Assembly: GCF_051866655.1 (NCBI RefSeq)
Contig: NZ_JBJDXL010000531.1
Coordinates: 1-39,785, forward strand
Length of the DNA stretch: 39,785 nucleotides
Source: Intestinibacter sp.
GTDB taxonomy: Bacteria > Bacillota > Clostridia > Peptostreptococcales > Peptostreptococcaceae
Direction of reading: 5' to 3'
Below are positions 16,583 through 26,061 of this stretch, one piece after another. The notes beneath the pieces were generated by a model, which did no database searches, was not told where the DNA came from, and worked only from the letters and a program-made list of their open reading frames with translations. Position 1 is the first letter of the stretch. Every line of letters starts with the position of its first letter. Both the position numbers and the translations under genes were made by a program.

Positions 16583-17695
16583 ATGAAATTTGATTCAAAA
16601 TGTCAAGAAGACAATTATTATATGAAAAAAGCTTTAGCGCTTGCAAAATTGGGAATCGGATTTGTAAATCCTAATCCACTAGTTGGATGTGTAATTGTAA
16701 AAGATGGAAACATAATCGGACAAGGGTATCATATGAAATATGGAGAAGCCCATGCCGAAGTAAATGCGATAAATAGCGCTACAGAGGATATCCAAGGAGC
16801 TACAGTTTATGTCACATTAGAACCGTGTTCACACTATGGGAAAACACCTCCATGTGCAGATAATTTAGTAAGACACAAGGTAGGCAGAGTTGTTATATGT
16901 AACGTAGATACAAATCCCCTAGTAGGTGGAAAAGGAATTAAAAAATTAAAAGAAAATGGAATAGAAGTTACAACTGGAGTACTAGAAGAAGAAGGATTGA
17001 AAATAAATGAAGTATTTTTTCACTATATAAATAAAAATAGACCATTAATAGTATCAAAAACTGCAATAAGCATGGATGGCAAAATCGCCACAAAACATAT
17101 GGAATCTCAGTGGATTTCAAATGAAAAATCTAGACAGATGACACATGAATTTAGAAATAAGTATATGGCTATTATGGTTGGAATAAATACAGTTTTAAAA
17201 GACAATCCAAGCTTAACTACTAGAATAGAAAATCGAAAAACAAGAAATCCAATAAGAATTGTAGTCGATACAAGCTTGAAAATACCTATGGATTCAAATC
17301 TAGTTCAAGATAAAAACGCAAAAACAATCGTTTTTACATGCAACAACGATTTAGAGAAAATAAATTGTCTAAATAAAAAAGATGTAGATGTATACATAGC
17401 GCCAAAATTAGATGGTAAAGTAGATTTAAATTTTGTAGTAGAAAAATTAGGAAAATTAAAGATAGATTCAGTTTTAGTAGAAGGTGGAGCTACTTTAAAT
17501 GACAGTCTTTTTAGAAATAATTTAGTTGATAAGGTAAAAATATTTATGGCACCAAAAATAATAGGTGGAAAAGATGCACCTAGCTTTGTATCTGGAGAAG
17601 GTATAGAAAAATTAAGAGATGCAACAAATTTAAAAATTCAAAACATAACTATGATAGATGAGGATGTTCTAATAGAAGCAGATGTGATTAAATAA
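16583..17695 (+). CDS. ribD: Bifunctional pyrimidine deaminase/reductase
   Basis: PNPLVG, HAE, LEPCSHYGKTPPC, SMDGKIA, VEGG; start moved to ATG 16583 because the upstream in-frame extension overlaps the attenuator. Confidence 0.97.
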   Translation: MKFDSKCQEDNYYMKKALALAKLGIGFVNPNPLVGCVIVKDGNIIGQGYHMKYGEAHAEVNAINSATEDIQGATVYVTLEPCSHYGKTPPCADNLVRHKVGRVVICNVDTNPLVGGKGIKKLKENGIEVTTGVLEEEGLKINEVFFHYINKNRPLIVSKTAISMDGKIATKHMESQWISNEKSRQMTHEFRNKYMAIMVGINTVLKDNPSLTTRIENRKTRNPIRIVVDTSLKIPMDSNLVQDKNAKTIVFTCNNDLEKINCLNKKDVDVYIAPKLDGKVDLNFVVEKLGKLKIDSVLVEGGATLNDSLFRNNLVDKVKIFMAPKIIGGKDAPSFVSGEGIEKLRDATNLKIQNITMIDEDVLIEADVIK

Positions 17696-17720
17696 ATTTT
17701 GATTGCAGAAGGGAGGCATT

Positions 17721-18380
17721 ATGTTTACAGGAATTATTGAGGAAGTAGGAATAGTCAAAAATATTACGGCGAGTGGCAAAAGCGGTAAGATAAGAATTTC
17801 CGCTAATAAGGTTTTGGAAGATGTTAATCTAGGTGATTCTATAGCAGTTAATGGAGTTTGTTTGACTGTATGTGAGATTTTTCAAAATGAATTTGTAGCA
17901 GATGTAATGATGGAAACAGTTAGAGCGACAAATTTGAGTACTTTGACTAGAAATTCAAAAGTAAATTTAGAAAGAGCTATGAGCTTATCCTCTAGATTTG
18001 GTGGACATATAGTCACAGGTCATGTGGATACGACAGGATCTATAATCGATTTTAAAAAGGAAGAGAATGCAGTTTGGATAAGCATAAAGGCCGATGAAGA
18101 TTTCTTAGATTATGTTGTACATAAAGGCTCAATAACTATAGATGGTGTAAGTCTTACAGTTGCTTATGTAGATAAAAAAATGCTTAAGGTATCGATAATA
18201 CCTCATACAAAAGATAACACTACACTTTTAGGTAAAAAGGTTGGAGATTTAGTAAATTTAGAAAGTGATATTATCGGAAAATATGTAAAAAGATTTACAT
18301 CTCTATCTAAGCAAGAAGATCAAAAAAATAATAAAAAGAGCAATATAGATTTAGATTTCTTAATCAAAAATGGATTTTAA
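17721..18380 (+). CDS. ribE: Riboflavin synthase (alpha type)
   Basis: MFTGIIEE start, GDSIAVNGVCLT, VNLERA, GGHIVTGHVD; RBS GGGAGG. Confidence 0.97.
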   Translation: MFTGIIEEVGIVKNITASGKSGKIRISANKVLEDVNLGDSIAVNGVCLTVCEIFQNEFVADVMMETVRATNLSTLTRNSKVNLERAMSLSSRFGGHIVTGHVDTTGSIIDFKKEENAVWISIKADEDFLDYVVHKGSITIDGVSLTVAYVDKKMLKVSIIPHTKDNTTLLGKKVGDLVNLESDIIGKYVKRFTSLSKQEDQKNNKKSNIDLDFLIKNGF

Positions 18381-18400
18381 TATTATACAGGGGTGATTTT

Positions 18401-19600
18401 ATGACAAAATTTAATACAATTCCAGAGGCTATAGAAGATTTAAAAAATGGAAAGATGATAATCGTAGTAGATGATGAAGATAGAGAAAATGAAGGCGACC
18501 TATTGATGGCGGCTGATATGGTAACACCAGAGGCTATAAATTTTATGACTAAATACGGCAGAGGATTAATATGTATGCCGGCTTTAAAAGAAAAATTTGA
18601 AGAAATAAATCTACCACTAATGGTTAGAAACAACACAGATTCTTTTAAAACAGCATTTACTATTTCTATAGATGGATCAAATACAACTACAGGAATATCA
18701 GCATATGATAGATGTGAAACTATAAAACAATTCACAAATAAGGATGCTAAAGAATGTGATTTTAAAACTCCTGGACATATGTTTCCACTAGTTGCTAAAG
18801 ATGGCGGTGTCCTTGTTAGAAATGGACATACAGAGGCTGCTGTAGACTTAGCTAAAATAGCAGGATTTTCTCCAATAGGTGTAATATGTGAGATATTAAA
18901 GAAAGATGGGACAATGGCTAGAGTAGATGATTTGATGAAATTTAAAGAAGAACACGACTTAAAAATCATAACTATAGCTGATTTAATAAAATATAGAAAA
19001 ATAACAGAGATAACTGCTGAGAGAGTAAGCAGTGCTACATTACCTACAAGTTACGGAATATTCGAAATAATCGGATATAGAGATATATACAATGGAGAAG
19101 AACACGTAGCACTTAAATACGGTGATCTAGATAGTGAAAATGTACTAGTAAGAGTTCACTCAGAATGCTTGACAGGAGATGCATTCCATTCAATTAAATG
19201 TGATTGTGGAAAACAATTGAATTCAGCTATGGAATCTATAGCAAAAACTGGAAGTGGACTAGTGATATATCTAAGACAAGAGGGTAGAGGAATCGGTCTT
19301 ATAAACAAAATAAGAGCTTACCATATGCAAGATGAAGGATATGATACTATAGAAGCTAATTTAGTTTTAGGTTTTGAAAATGACTTGAGAGATTTTAATA
19401 TGGCAGCACAAATATTGAAGGATTTAGGTGTAAAAAGTATTAGACTTTTAAGTAATAACCCTGATAAATTAGAACAATTAGAAGAATATGGAATAAAGAT
19501 AAATGAAAGAGTTTCTACTGAGGAAGAAATTACACAATATAACATAGATTATTTAAGAACTAAAAGAGACAAAATGGGACATATGTTAGAAATAGGCTAA
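18401..19600 (+). CDS. ribBA: Bifunctional DHBP synthase / GTP cyclohydrolase II
   Basis: DDEDRENEGD, GHTEA, RVHSECLTGD, CDCG, RQEGRGIG. Confidence 0.97.
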   Translation: MTKFNTIPEAIEDLKNGKMIIVVDDEDRENEGDLLMAADMVTPEAINFMTKYGRGLICMPALKEKFEEINLPLMVRNNTDSFKTAFTISIDGSNTTTGISAYDRCETIKQFTNKDAKECDFKTPGHMFPLVAKDGGVLVRNGHTEAAVDLAKIAGFSPIGVICEILKKDGTMARVDDLMKFKEEHDLKIITIADLIKYRKITEITAERVSSATLPTSYGIFEIIGYRDIYNGEEHVALKYGDLDSENVLVRVHSECLTGDAFHSIKCDCGKQLNSAMESIAKTGSGLVIYLRQEGRGIGLINKIRAYHMQDEGYDTIEANLVLGFENDLRDFNMAAQILKDLGVKSIRLLSNNPDKLEQLEEYGIKINERVSTEEEITQYNIDYLRTKRDKMGHMLEIG

Positions 19601-19660
19601 TAAAATATCAAATAAGATACTTTATAAATATACATAAACTAATAATTGGAGGAATAGAAA

Positions 19661-20122
19661 ATGATATATGAAGGAAAATTAAATGGAAGTGGATTAAAAA
19701 TAGGTATAGTTGCATCTCGTTTCAATGAGTTTATAGTATCTAAATTAGTATCAGGAGCAGAAGATTGCTTATATCGTCACGATGTAGCTAAGGAAGATGT
19801 AGAAATAGCATGGGTACCAGGAGCATTTGAAATACCGCTTGTAGCTCAAGCGATGGCTAGAACTAAAAAATATGATGCAATAATTTGCTTAGGATGCGTT
19901 ATAAGAGGAGCTACTTCACATTATGATTATGTTTGTAATGAAGTTTCTAAAGGAATAGCAAAAGTATCTCTAGATGAAAATTTACCAGTAATGTTCGGTG
20001 TTGTTACAACTGAAAATATAGAACAAGCTATAGAAAGAGCTGGAACAAAAGCAGGAAATAAAGGATATGATTGTGCAATGGGAGCTTTAGAAATGGTTTC
20101 TTTATTAAAAGGAATAAAATAA
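19661..20122 (+). CDS. ribH: 6,7-dimethyl-8-ribityllumazine synthase
   Basis: [32 protein letters not shown]. Confidence 0.98.
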   Translation: MIYEGKLNGSGLKIGIVASRFNEFIVSKLVSGAEDCLYRHDVAKEDVEIAWVPGAFEIPLVAQAMARTKKYDAIICLGCVIRGATSHYDYVCNEVSKGIAKVSLDENLPVMFGVVTTENIEQAIERAGTKAGNKGYDCAMGALEMVSLLKGIK

Positions 20123-20141
20123 TTGATTTTGATAATATAAT

Positions 20142-20191
20142 AAAATAACCTGACGAGTTTAAATTGAAATTTCTTGTCAGGTTATTTTTTT
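20142..20191 (+). terminator. rib operon terminator
   Basis: AAAATAACCTGACGAG / CTTGTCAGGTTATTTT stem plus T-run. Confidence 0.8.
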
Positions 20192-20263
20192 GAATATTGT
20201 TCTTTTTATACATTAGTATTAAAATATAATTAATATTAAAAGGAGTAAAAGGGTGTCTTTAAT

Positions 20264-21622
20264 ATGAGAGGCGAACAATATATGAATTCAAATGAAATAA
20301 ATTATTCAAAGGAGGACAATAAAATAAATTTTAATAACAAAGTAGAATTTATTGTGGCAACAGATTTGCACTATATTTCCAAAAAAGCGAATGTAGATGG
20401 GGAATTAAATGAAATATGTGAGGCAAAGGGCGATTTAAAACAAATGAAATATGTCTCTGAAATAATAGATGCCTTTATAAATGAAGTTATAGAATATAAA
20501 CCCAGTGGAGGCTTAATTATATGTGGAGATTTAACATACAATGGGGAAATGGTAAGTCATATAGATCTCATGAAGAAGCTACAAAGGGTAATAGACAATG
20601 GTATAAAAATCTATGTAATTCCTGGAAACCACGATATTAAAAACTACAATGCATATAAATATAAACCTACACAGAAGGTTCCAGTAAAAAATGTTTCTCC
20701 AAAGGATTTTAAAGAAATATATTTTAACTGTGGATTTAACGAAGCTATATATGAAGATAAATATTCACTTAGCTATATTGCACCAGTTTTAGAAGATTTA
20801 TGGCTTGTAATGCTCGATACTAATTTTTATCAAAATAACAACTGGAAAAATCCCGTTGCAATAAAAGGTTTATTAAGTGAAAGTACTTATGAATGGTTGG
20901 AAAAACACTTAAAGGAAGCAAAGAAAAAAAATATTAAAGTAATAGCAAGTACACATCACAGTTTAGTTGATCACAATGATTTATTAAATAAAGGTTATAC
21001 TTTAGAGGAAAATCAAAGACTTATAGAATTATATGCTAAGTACAATGTAGTATTGAATCTAAGTGGACATCTGCATATTCAACATATAAAACCTGGATAT
21101 AGTAAAATTTTAAACAATAAAAAAGTATACGATATAGCTACAAGTTCTTTAATCGTATGTAGAAATCAATATGGTATTTTGAGCTATGAACAAAAAAATA
21201 GCATATTTTATAGAACTAAAGTATTAGATGTTTCAAAATGGGCTTTAAATAATGGATATTTAGATAATAATTTATTAAATTTTAATTATTATTCGTATAA
21301 TTACGCATATAAGCAAACTCATAAAAAAATTTATTATGAGTTGCTTAGACAAAACTTAAGCGAATACGAAGCAAAATTAATGTCGAGCACTCTATCAAAA
21401 TTAAATCCTGCTTTTTTTAGTGGAACAGTAGTTGAAATTTATAGAATTATAGAGGTAAGTGATAATTATAAAATATGGTCCTTAGTAAGTGATATTTTTT
21501 ATCATAAATATATAGATAGTATTATGAAAGAAAATAGGTTTGACCACAATACACTTAGACTATCTCTTAGAGAAGATGATGGTTCTTTTGGAAAAGTAAT
21601 TTGGAATAAAAATAAAGGGTGA
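20264..21622 (+). CDS. Calcineurin-like metallophosphoesterase (CpdA-like), apparently cytoplasmic
   Basis: TDLHY, GDLT.NG, PGNHD, HH, SGHLH; no signal peptide; alternative start at 20282. Confidence 0.88.
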   Translation: MRGEQYMNSNEINYSKEDNKINFNNKVEFIVATDLHYISKKANVDGELNEICEAKGDLKQMKYVSEIIDAFINEVIEYKPSGGLIICGDLTYNGEMVSHIDLMKKLQRVIDNGIKIYVIPGNHDIKNYNAYKYKPTQKVPVKNVSPKDFKEIYFNCGFNEAIYEDKYSLSYIAPVLEDLWLVMLDTNFYQNNNWKNPVAIKGLLSESTYEWLEKHLKEAKKKNIKVIASTHHSLVDHNDLLNKGYTLEENQRLIELYAKYNVVLNLSGHLHIQHIKPGYSKILNNKKVYDIATSSLIVCRNQYGILSYEQKNSIFYRTKVLDVSKWALNNGYLDNNLLNFNYYSYNYAYKQTHKKIYYELLRQNLSEYEAKLMSSTLSKLNPAFFSGTVVEIYRIIEVSDNYKIWSLVSDIFYHKYIDSIMKENRFDHNTLRLSLREDDGSFGKVIWNKNKG

Positions 21623-21626
21623 TAAA

Positions 21627-22544
21627 ATGGATAATAGCTTAATACTTACAATTATAGATTTAATAGGTAAGAAAAAAACAAATAGTATAATAGAGAGTGG
21701 TTTTTTAGATGAAACTATAAAACTTGACGAAGAAGATATTTTGAGTTGTTTAAAAAAATATAAAGAGGTAGATAACGAAATCGATATACCTAGCTTAGAA
21801 GAAATAAAAGTTTCTATTGAAACTTCTGTAAAAGTTTTATTAGAATCAGAAAAATTAGGCATAAAGGCTACTAATATATTTGATAAGGATTTTCCATCAA
21901 AATTAAAGGATATAAACGATAGAAGTATTTTGATTTTTTATAGAGGTAATTTAAATTGCCTTTATGAAAAAAATTCTATAGCCATAATAGGAACTAGAAC
22001 TCCTACAGAAAAAGGTGAACAAATAGGAGAGGCGTTAGGTTATTATTATGCTAAAGAAGGATTTGTAATCGTATCGGGCTTAGCAAATGGATGTGATACA
22101 GCAGGTCATAGAGGATGCTTAAAGGCAAATGGAAAAACTGTCGCTACATTACCTTGTGGATTAGACAAGTGTTATCCAAATGACAATAATGATCTAGCCG
22201 ATGAAATAGTTGAAAATGGAGGGTGTCTAATAAGTGAATATAAAATAGGAACAAATCCTTCAAGTAAAAATTTTATAGAAAGAGACAGACTTCAAGCGGC
22301 ACTTAGCTTAGGAGTTTTAGTAGTAGAATGTGCTATAGAATGTGGTACTATGCACACTGTTAGATTTGCAGAAGCGTATAATAAGAAGGTAGCTATTTCA
22401 CTTCATAAAGATGTAGAAAAAGATATCGAGACAGTAAAAGGAAATTTATATCTTTTAGAACAAAAAAGAGCTATTGGACTTAAGGATATAAATGACTATA
22501 AAAAGTATAAAAATATATTATTAGGATATAAAATATATTGTTAG
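21627..22544 (+). CDS. DprA/Smf-like protein (non-canonical, lacks the C-terminal winged helix)
   Basis: AIIGTR, IVSGLANGCD..GH, ISEY, RDRLQAALS, GTMHT. Confidence 0.85.
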   Translation: MDNSLILTIIDLIGKKKTNSIIESGFLDETIKLDEEDILSCLKKYKEVDNEIDIPSLEEIKVSIETSVKVLLESEKLGIKATNIFDKDFPSKLKDINDRSILIFYRGNLNCLYEKNSIAIIGTRTPTEKGEQIGEALGYYYAKEGFVIVSGLANGCDTAGHRGCLKANGKTVATLPCGLDKCYPNDNNDLADEIVENGGCLISEYKIGTNPSSKNFIERDRLQAALSLGVLVVECAIECGTMHTVRFAEAYNKKVAISLHKDVEKDIETVKGNLYLLEQKRAIGLKDINDYKKYKNILLGYKIYC

Positions 22545-22591
22545 AATATGTTATTAATTAATAAAAAATATGTATATTTTAATAAATTTGT

Positions 22592-22651
22592 ATTGATAAA
22601 AAAAAGACAGAAAAATATGAAAATTCACTTTTCTGTCTTTTTTTTATCAAT
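22592..22651. terminator. Bidirectional terminator (23-bp perfect inverted repeat)
   Basis: ATTGATAAAAAAAAGACAGAAAA / TTTTCTGTCTTTTTTTTATCAAT between convergent genes. Confidence 0.8.
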
Positions 22652-22659
22652 TAGAGTTT

Positions 22660-23058
22660 CTAATTTATAAAAAATGATTTAATAAATTTTCCTATATAAA
22701 TAGCTGGAAGGCTTAGAAAAAACCATGTGATAGATGCTTTTAAACAAATTTGACCTAGCAGATTAAATTTATTTAAAGAATAGTCCCATACATTGAGCTT
22801 TAAAAATATATTAATTATTATACCGCTGATTAATTCTACAGAGGTGATCAGTATACAAGCTATTAGCATCTGTAGAAATATAGAGGTTTTAAATGGAATA
22901 AATTCACTTATAGAAGAAATTAGAATAAAGCAAATTCCTCCAACAATAAACATAGATATATGGGAATACCCTCTATACCCTATTTCTATCAATACATATA
23001 AAATTCCACCTACTAAAAATAAAGTAAAATATTCTCGAAAAGTATTTAAACTTAGCAA
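22660..23058 (-). CDS. Small membrane protein, putative ABC-transporter permease-like (CmpB/DUF1113-like)
   Basis: GG.LY..IE..YRG.SH.SM..VGG, ELISG, WDYS...FNLLGQICL; start probably TTG 23058 after AGGTGG (the ORF extends to GTG 23070). Confidence 0.75.
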   Translation of the reverse strand: MLSLNTFREYFTLFLVGGILYVLIEIGYRGYSHISMFIVGGICFILISSISEFIPFKTSIFLQMLIACILITSVELISGIIINIFLKLNVWDYSLNKFNLLGQICLKASITWFFLSLPAIYIGKFIKSFFIN

Positions 23059-23384
23059 GTCATACACCACCTAATTTGAAATATAAATATAAAATAAAAA
23101 ATATTTATAATATATATTTTTTTCAAGGTAGTGAATTTATATTCTTAGAAAATTTTTCAAAAAAAATATTTATTACGGTTATAAATATAATTTATTTTAC
23201 AAATATATCCAAAAATGTTATAACTAATATAGTTGTTAAAATAATAACTATTATTTAAAAAGGTAAAAAAATATTAAATTTAAGTTTGATTTATATTGAA
23301 AAATGGGATTTAATTTTTAGAAAAAATAAAAAAAATATAAAATAAAAAAGAAATATATATTAATATAATATAATCATAAATTTC

Positions 23385-23414
23385 TTGACATATGTTGAAA
23401 TGGAATAATATAAT
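23385..23414 (+). promoter_or_regulatory. SigA promoter of the stn-like operon
   Basis: TTGACA, 18-bp spacer, TATAAT; implies a leader of about 300 nt. Confidence 0.7.
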
Positions 23415-23507
23415 TAACCTATAAACATGGTAAAATGTGCTAAAAATATACCATGTAAAATATAAAATTTATTTTGCCAACAAATATATTACTTTAAAAA
23501 TGTGTAT

Positions 23508-23525
23508 ATGTGTATAATTTAACAA
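23508..23525 (+). promoter_or_regulatory. Possible Rex operator
   Basis: ATGTGTA-TAAT-TTAACAA versus clostridial Rex TTGTTAA-N4-TTAACAA; the right arm is perfect. Confidence 0.4.
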
Positions 23526-23723
23526 TATAGTGTACTATATTTCGCATTTTAAGAGGAAATTCAAGATTTTTATGTTATTTTATTGTTATTGTTTATTAAT
23601 TTAAATTAAAAGATCAAATCTGCAAATCAATAAATAAGTAAGCTTGATGATAATATTTTTATGGGTGAATGTCTACAACGTATGTTGTAAAAATTTAATA
23701 ATAAGAAATGGAGTGAAATTAGA

Positions 23724-24254
23724 ATGTCAACTTGTAATTGCAAGAACAATCAGAATGAGAATCTAAAAGAATTAGATGAAATCTTAGAAACTTACGGAAA
23801 AAAGCCAGGATATCTGATAACAATTTTACAAAAGGCACAAGATGCATATGGCTATCTATCAATTGACGTCATGAACAGAATATCAGAGTTTACAGGAATA
23901 AAAGTAGCTAAGATATATGGAGTTGCAACATTTTATGCTCAATTTAGATTACAACCTATAGGAAAATATTTAATAATGCTTTGCCAAGGAACTGCTTGTC
24001 ACGTTAATGGTTCAGAAATGATAGCACAAGTAGTAAGCGAACAATTAAATATAAAAGATGGCGAAACTACAGAAGACGGTTTATTCACATTAAATCAAGT
24101 TTCATGTTTAGGATGTTGCTCACTTGCTCCTGTTATGATGATTAAAACTGAAGATGGCGATGAAACATATGGTAATTTAACTAAAGATTCAGTAATTGAG
24201 ATTATAAATCAAATTAAAGAAAAAGAAAAAAAGGCTGATGGGGAAACAGCTTAA
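23724..24254 (+). CDS. stnA: NuoE/HydC-like [2Fe-2S] subunit (StnA-like)
   Basis: GVATFY, C.GTACHV.G, CLGCCSLAP. Confidence 0.85.
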   Translation: MSTCNCKNNQNENLKELDEILETYGKKPGYLITILQKAQDAYGYLSIDVMNRISEFTGIKVAKIYGVATFYAQFRLQPIGKYLIMLCQGTACHVNGSEMIAQVVSEQLNIKDGETTEDGLFTLNQVSCLGCCSLAPVMMIKTEDGDETYGNLTKDSVIEIINQIKEKEKKADGETA

Positions 24255-24285
24255 GTAACTTAATAAATCAAAAGGAGAAGTATCA

Positions 24286-26046
24286 ATGAAGATAGTAGTA
24301 GGTCAAGGTAGCTGCGGTATCGCAACTGGTGCCAAAAAAGTAGCTAATGAATTTGAAGAAATATTAAGTAAAAAGAATTTAGATATAAAAGTAGGTATCA
24401 CAGGATGTATAGGTTTATGTTTCTTAGAACCTATAGTAGATGTATATGAAGATGGGAAAGAAGAACCTGTAAGATATGTAAAGGTTCAACCAGAAGATGT
24501 TGCTGAAATAGTAGAAAGCCACATCGAAAATGGAAAACCAGTAGAAGCTAAAATTATTTCTGAAGACGATAAAAAATTATTAGGAAAACAACAAAGAGTT
24601 GTACTTAGAAATTGCGGTTCTATAGATCCAGAAAACATAGATGAATACTTAGCAAAAGATGGATATAAAGCGACTGAAAAGGTTTTAACTACTATGACTA
24701 GTGATGAAGTAATAAACGTGATAAAAGTATCTGGACTTCGTGGTCGTGGTGGTGCAGGTTTCCCTACTTGGTTTAAATGGAATGCAGCAAAACAAAATAA
24801 AGCAGACCAAAAATACATAGTATGTAACGCAGATGAAGGTGACCCAGGTGCATTCATGGATAGAGCTGTACTTGAAGGTGACCCACATGAATTACTTGAA
24901 GGTATGATAATCGGTGGATATGCAATGGAAGCAACAGAAGGTGTAATTTACGTTCGTGCTGAATATCCACTTGCAATAAAGAGACTTAATATAGCTATAT
25001 CTCAAGCTAGAGAAAAAGGCTATTTAGGAAAGAATATATTCGGTAGCGGATTTGATTTTGATATAAGAATCAAAGAAGGTGCAGGAGCTTTCGTATGTGG
25101 TGAAGAAACAGCTCTTATAGCTTCACTAGAAGGTGAAAGAGGTATGCCAAGACTTAAACCACCATTCCCTGCAGCTAAAGGATATTGGCAAAAACCAACT
25201 AATATAAACAACGTTGAAACTTATTCTAATGTAACTTGGATTATATTAAATGGTGGAGAAGCGTTTGCATCATTAGGAAAACCAGAAAGTCAAAGTAAAG
25301 GTACAAAAGTATTTGCACTTGCTGGAAAGATTAAAAAAGGTGGACTTATAGAAGTTCCTATGGGATTACCACTAAAAGAAGTAATCTACGGTATCGGTGG
25401 AGGAATCAAAGAAGATAAAGAATTCAAAGCTGTTCAAATGGGTGGACCATCAGGTGGATGTATACCTGCTCACCTTATAGATACACCAGTAGATTATGAA
25501 AACATAAACAAAACAGGAGCTATAGTTGGTTCTGGTGGTATGATAGTTATGGATGAAACTACTTGTATGGTTGACATGGCTAGATACTTCTTAGACTTTA
25601 CTAGAAAAGAATCTTGTGGTAAATGTAACTACTGTAGAATAGGTACTAAGAGAATGCTTGAAATCTTAGAAAGAATTACACAAGGTAAAGGTAAAGACGG
25701 AGATATAGAATTACTAGAAGAATTAGCTCACAAGGTAAAAGAAGGAGCTATGTGTGGTCTAGGACAAACTGCTCCAAACCCAGTTATCACAACTCTTAAA
25801 TACTTTAGAAATGAATATGAAGATCATATCTATAATAAGAAATGTACAGCTAAAGCATGTAAGGCATTAATAAGCTACGAAATTAAAGAAGATGCATGTA
25901 AGGGCTGTGGAGCTTGTGCTAAGAAATGTCCAGTTGGCGCTATAAGCGGTAACAAGAAAGAAGCTCACGTTATAGATAAGAATGTTTGTATTAAATGTGG
26001 TAAATGTATGGAAACTTGTAAATTTGATGCAATTGAAAAAAATTAG
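24286..26046 (+). CDS. stnB: NuoF/HydB-like FMN/NADH subunit with N-terminal thioredoxin-like [2Fe-2S] and C-terminal 2x[4Fe-4S] domains (StnB-like)
   Basis: GRGGAGFP, NADEGDPGAFMDR, GAGAFVCGEETAL, ESCGKC..CR, C-terminal CxxCxxCxxxC x2. Confidence 0.88.
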   Translation: MKIVVGQGSCGIATGAKKVANEFEEILSKKNLDIKVGITGCIGLCFLEPIVDVYEDGKEEPVRYVKVQPEDVAEIVESHIENGKPVEAKIISEDDKKLLGKQQRVVLRNCGSIDPENIDEYLAKDGYKATEKVLTTMTSDEVINVIKVSGLRGRGGAGFPTWFKWNAAKQNKADQKYIVCNADEGDPGAFMDRAVLEGDPHELLEGMIIGGYAMEATEGVIYVRAEYPLAIKRLNIAISQAREKGYLGKNIFGSGFDFDIRIKEGAGAFVCGEETALIASLEGERGMPRLKPPFPAAKGYWQKPTNINNVETYSNVTWIILNGGEAFASLGKPESQSKGTKVFALAGKIKKGGLIEVPMGLPLKEVIYGIGGGIKEDKEFKAVQMGGPSGGCIPAHLIDTPVDYENINKTGAIVGSGGMIVMDETTCMVDMARYFLDFTRKESCGKCNYCRIGTKRMLEILERITQGKGKDGDIELLEELAHKVKEGAMCGLGQTAPNPVITTLKYFRNEYEDHIYNKKCTAKACKALISYEIKEDACKGCGACAKKCPVGAISGNKKEAHVIDKNVCIKCGKCMETCKFDAIEKN

Positions 26047-26061
26047 GAAGGTTAAAATAAG

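Noticed and set aside
22793-23258. 93-aa and 60-aa + strand ORFs
   Set aside because: One is antisense to the membrane-protein gene; the other is low-complexity AT sequence without an RBS.
23140-23326. CodY-like boxes
   Set aside because: Three mismatches each in extremely AT-rich DNA; expected by chance.
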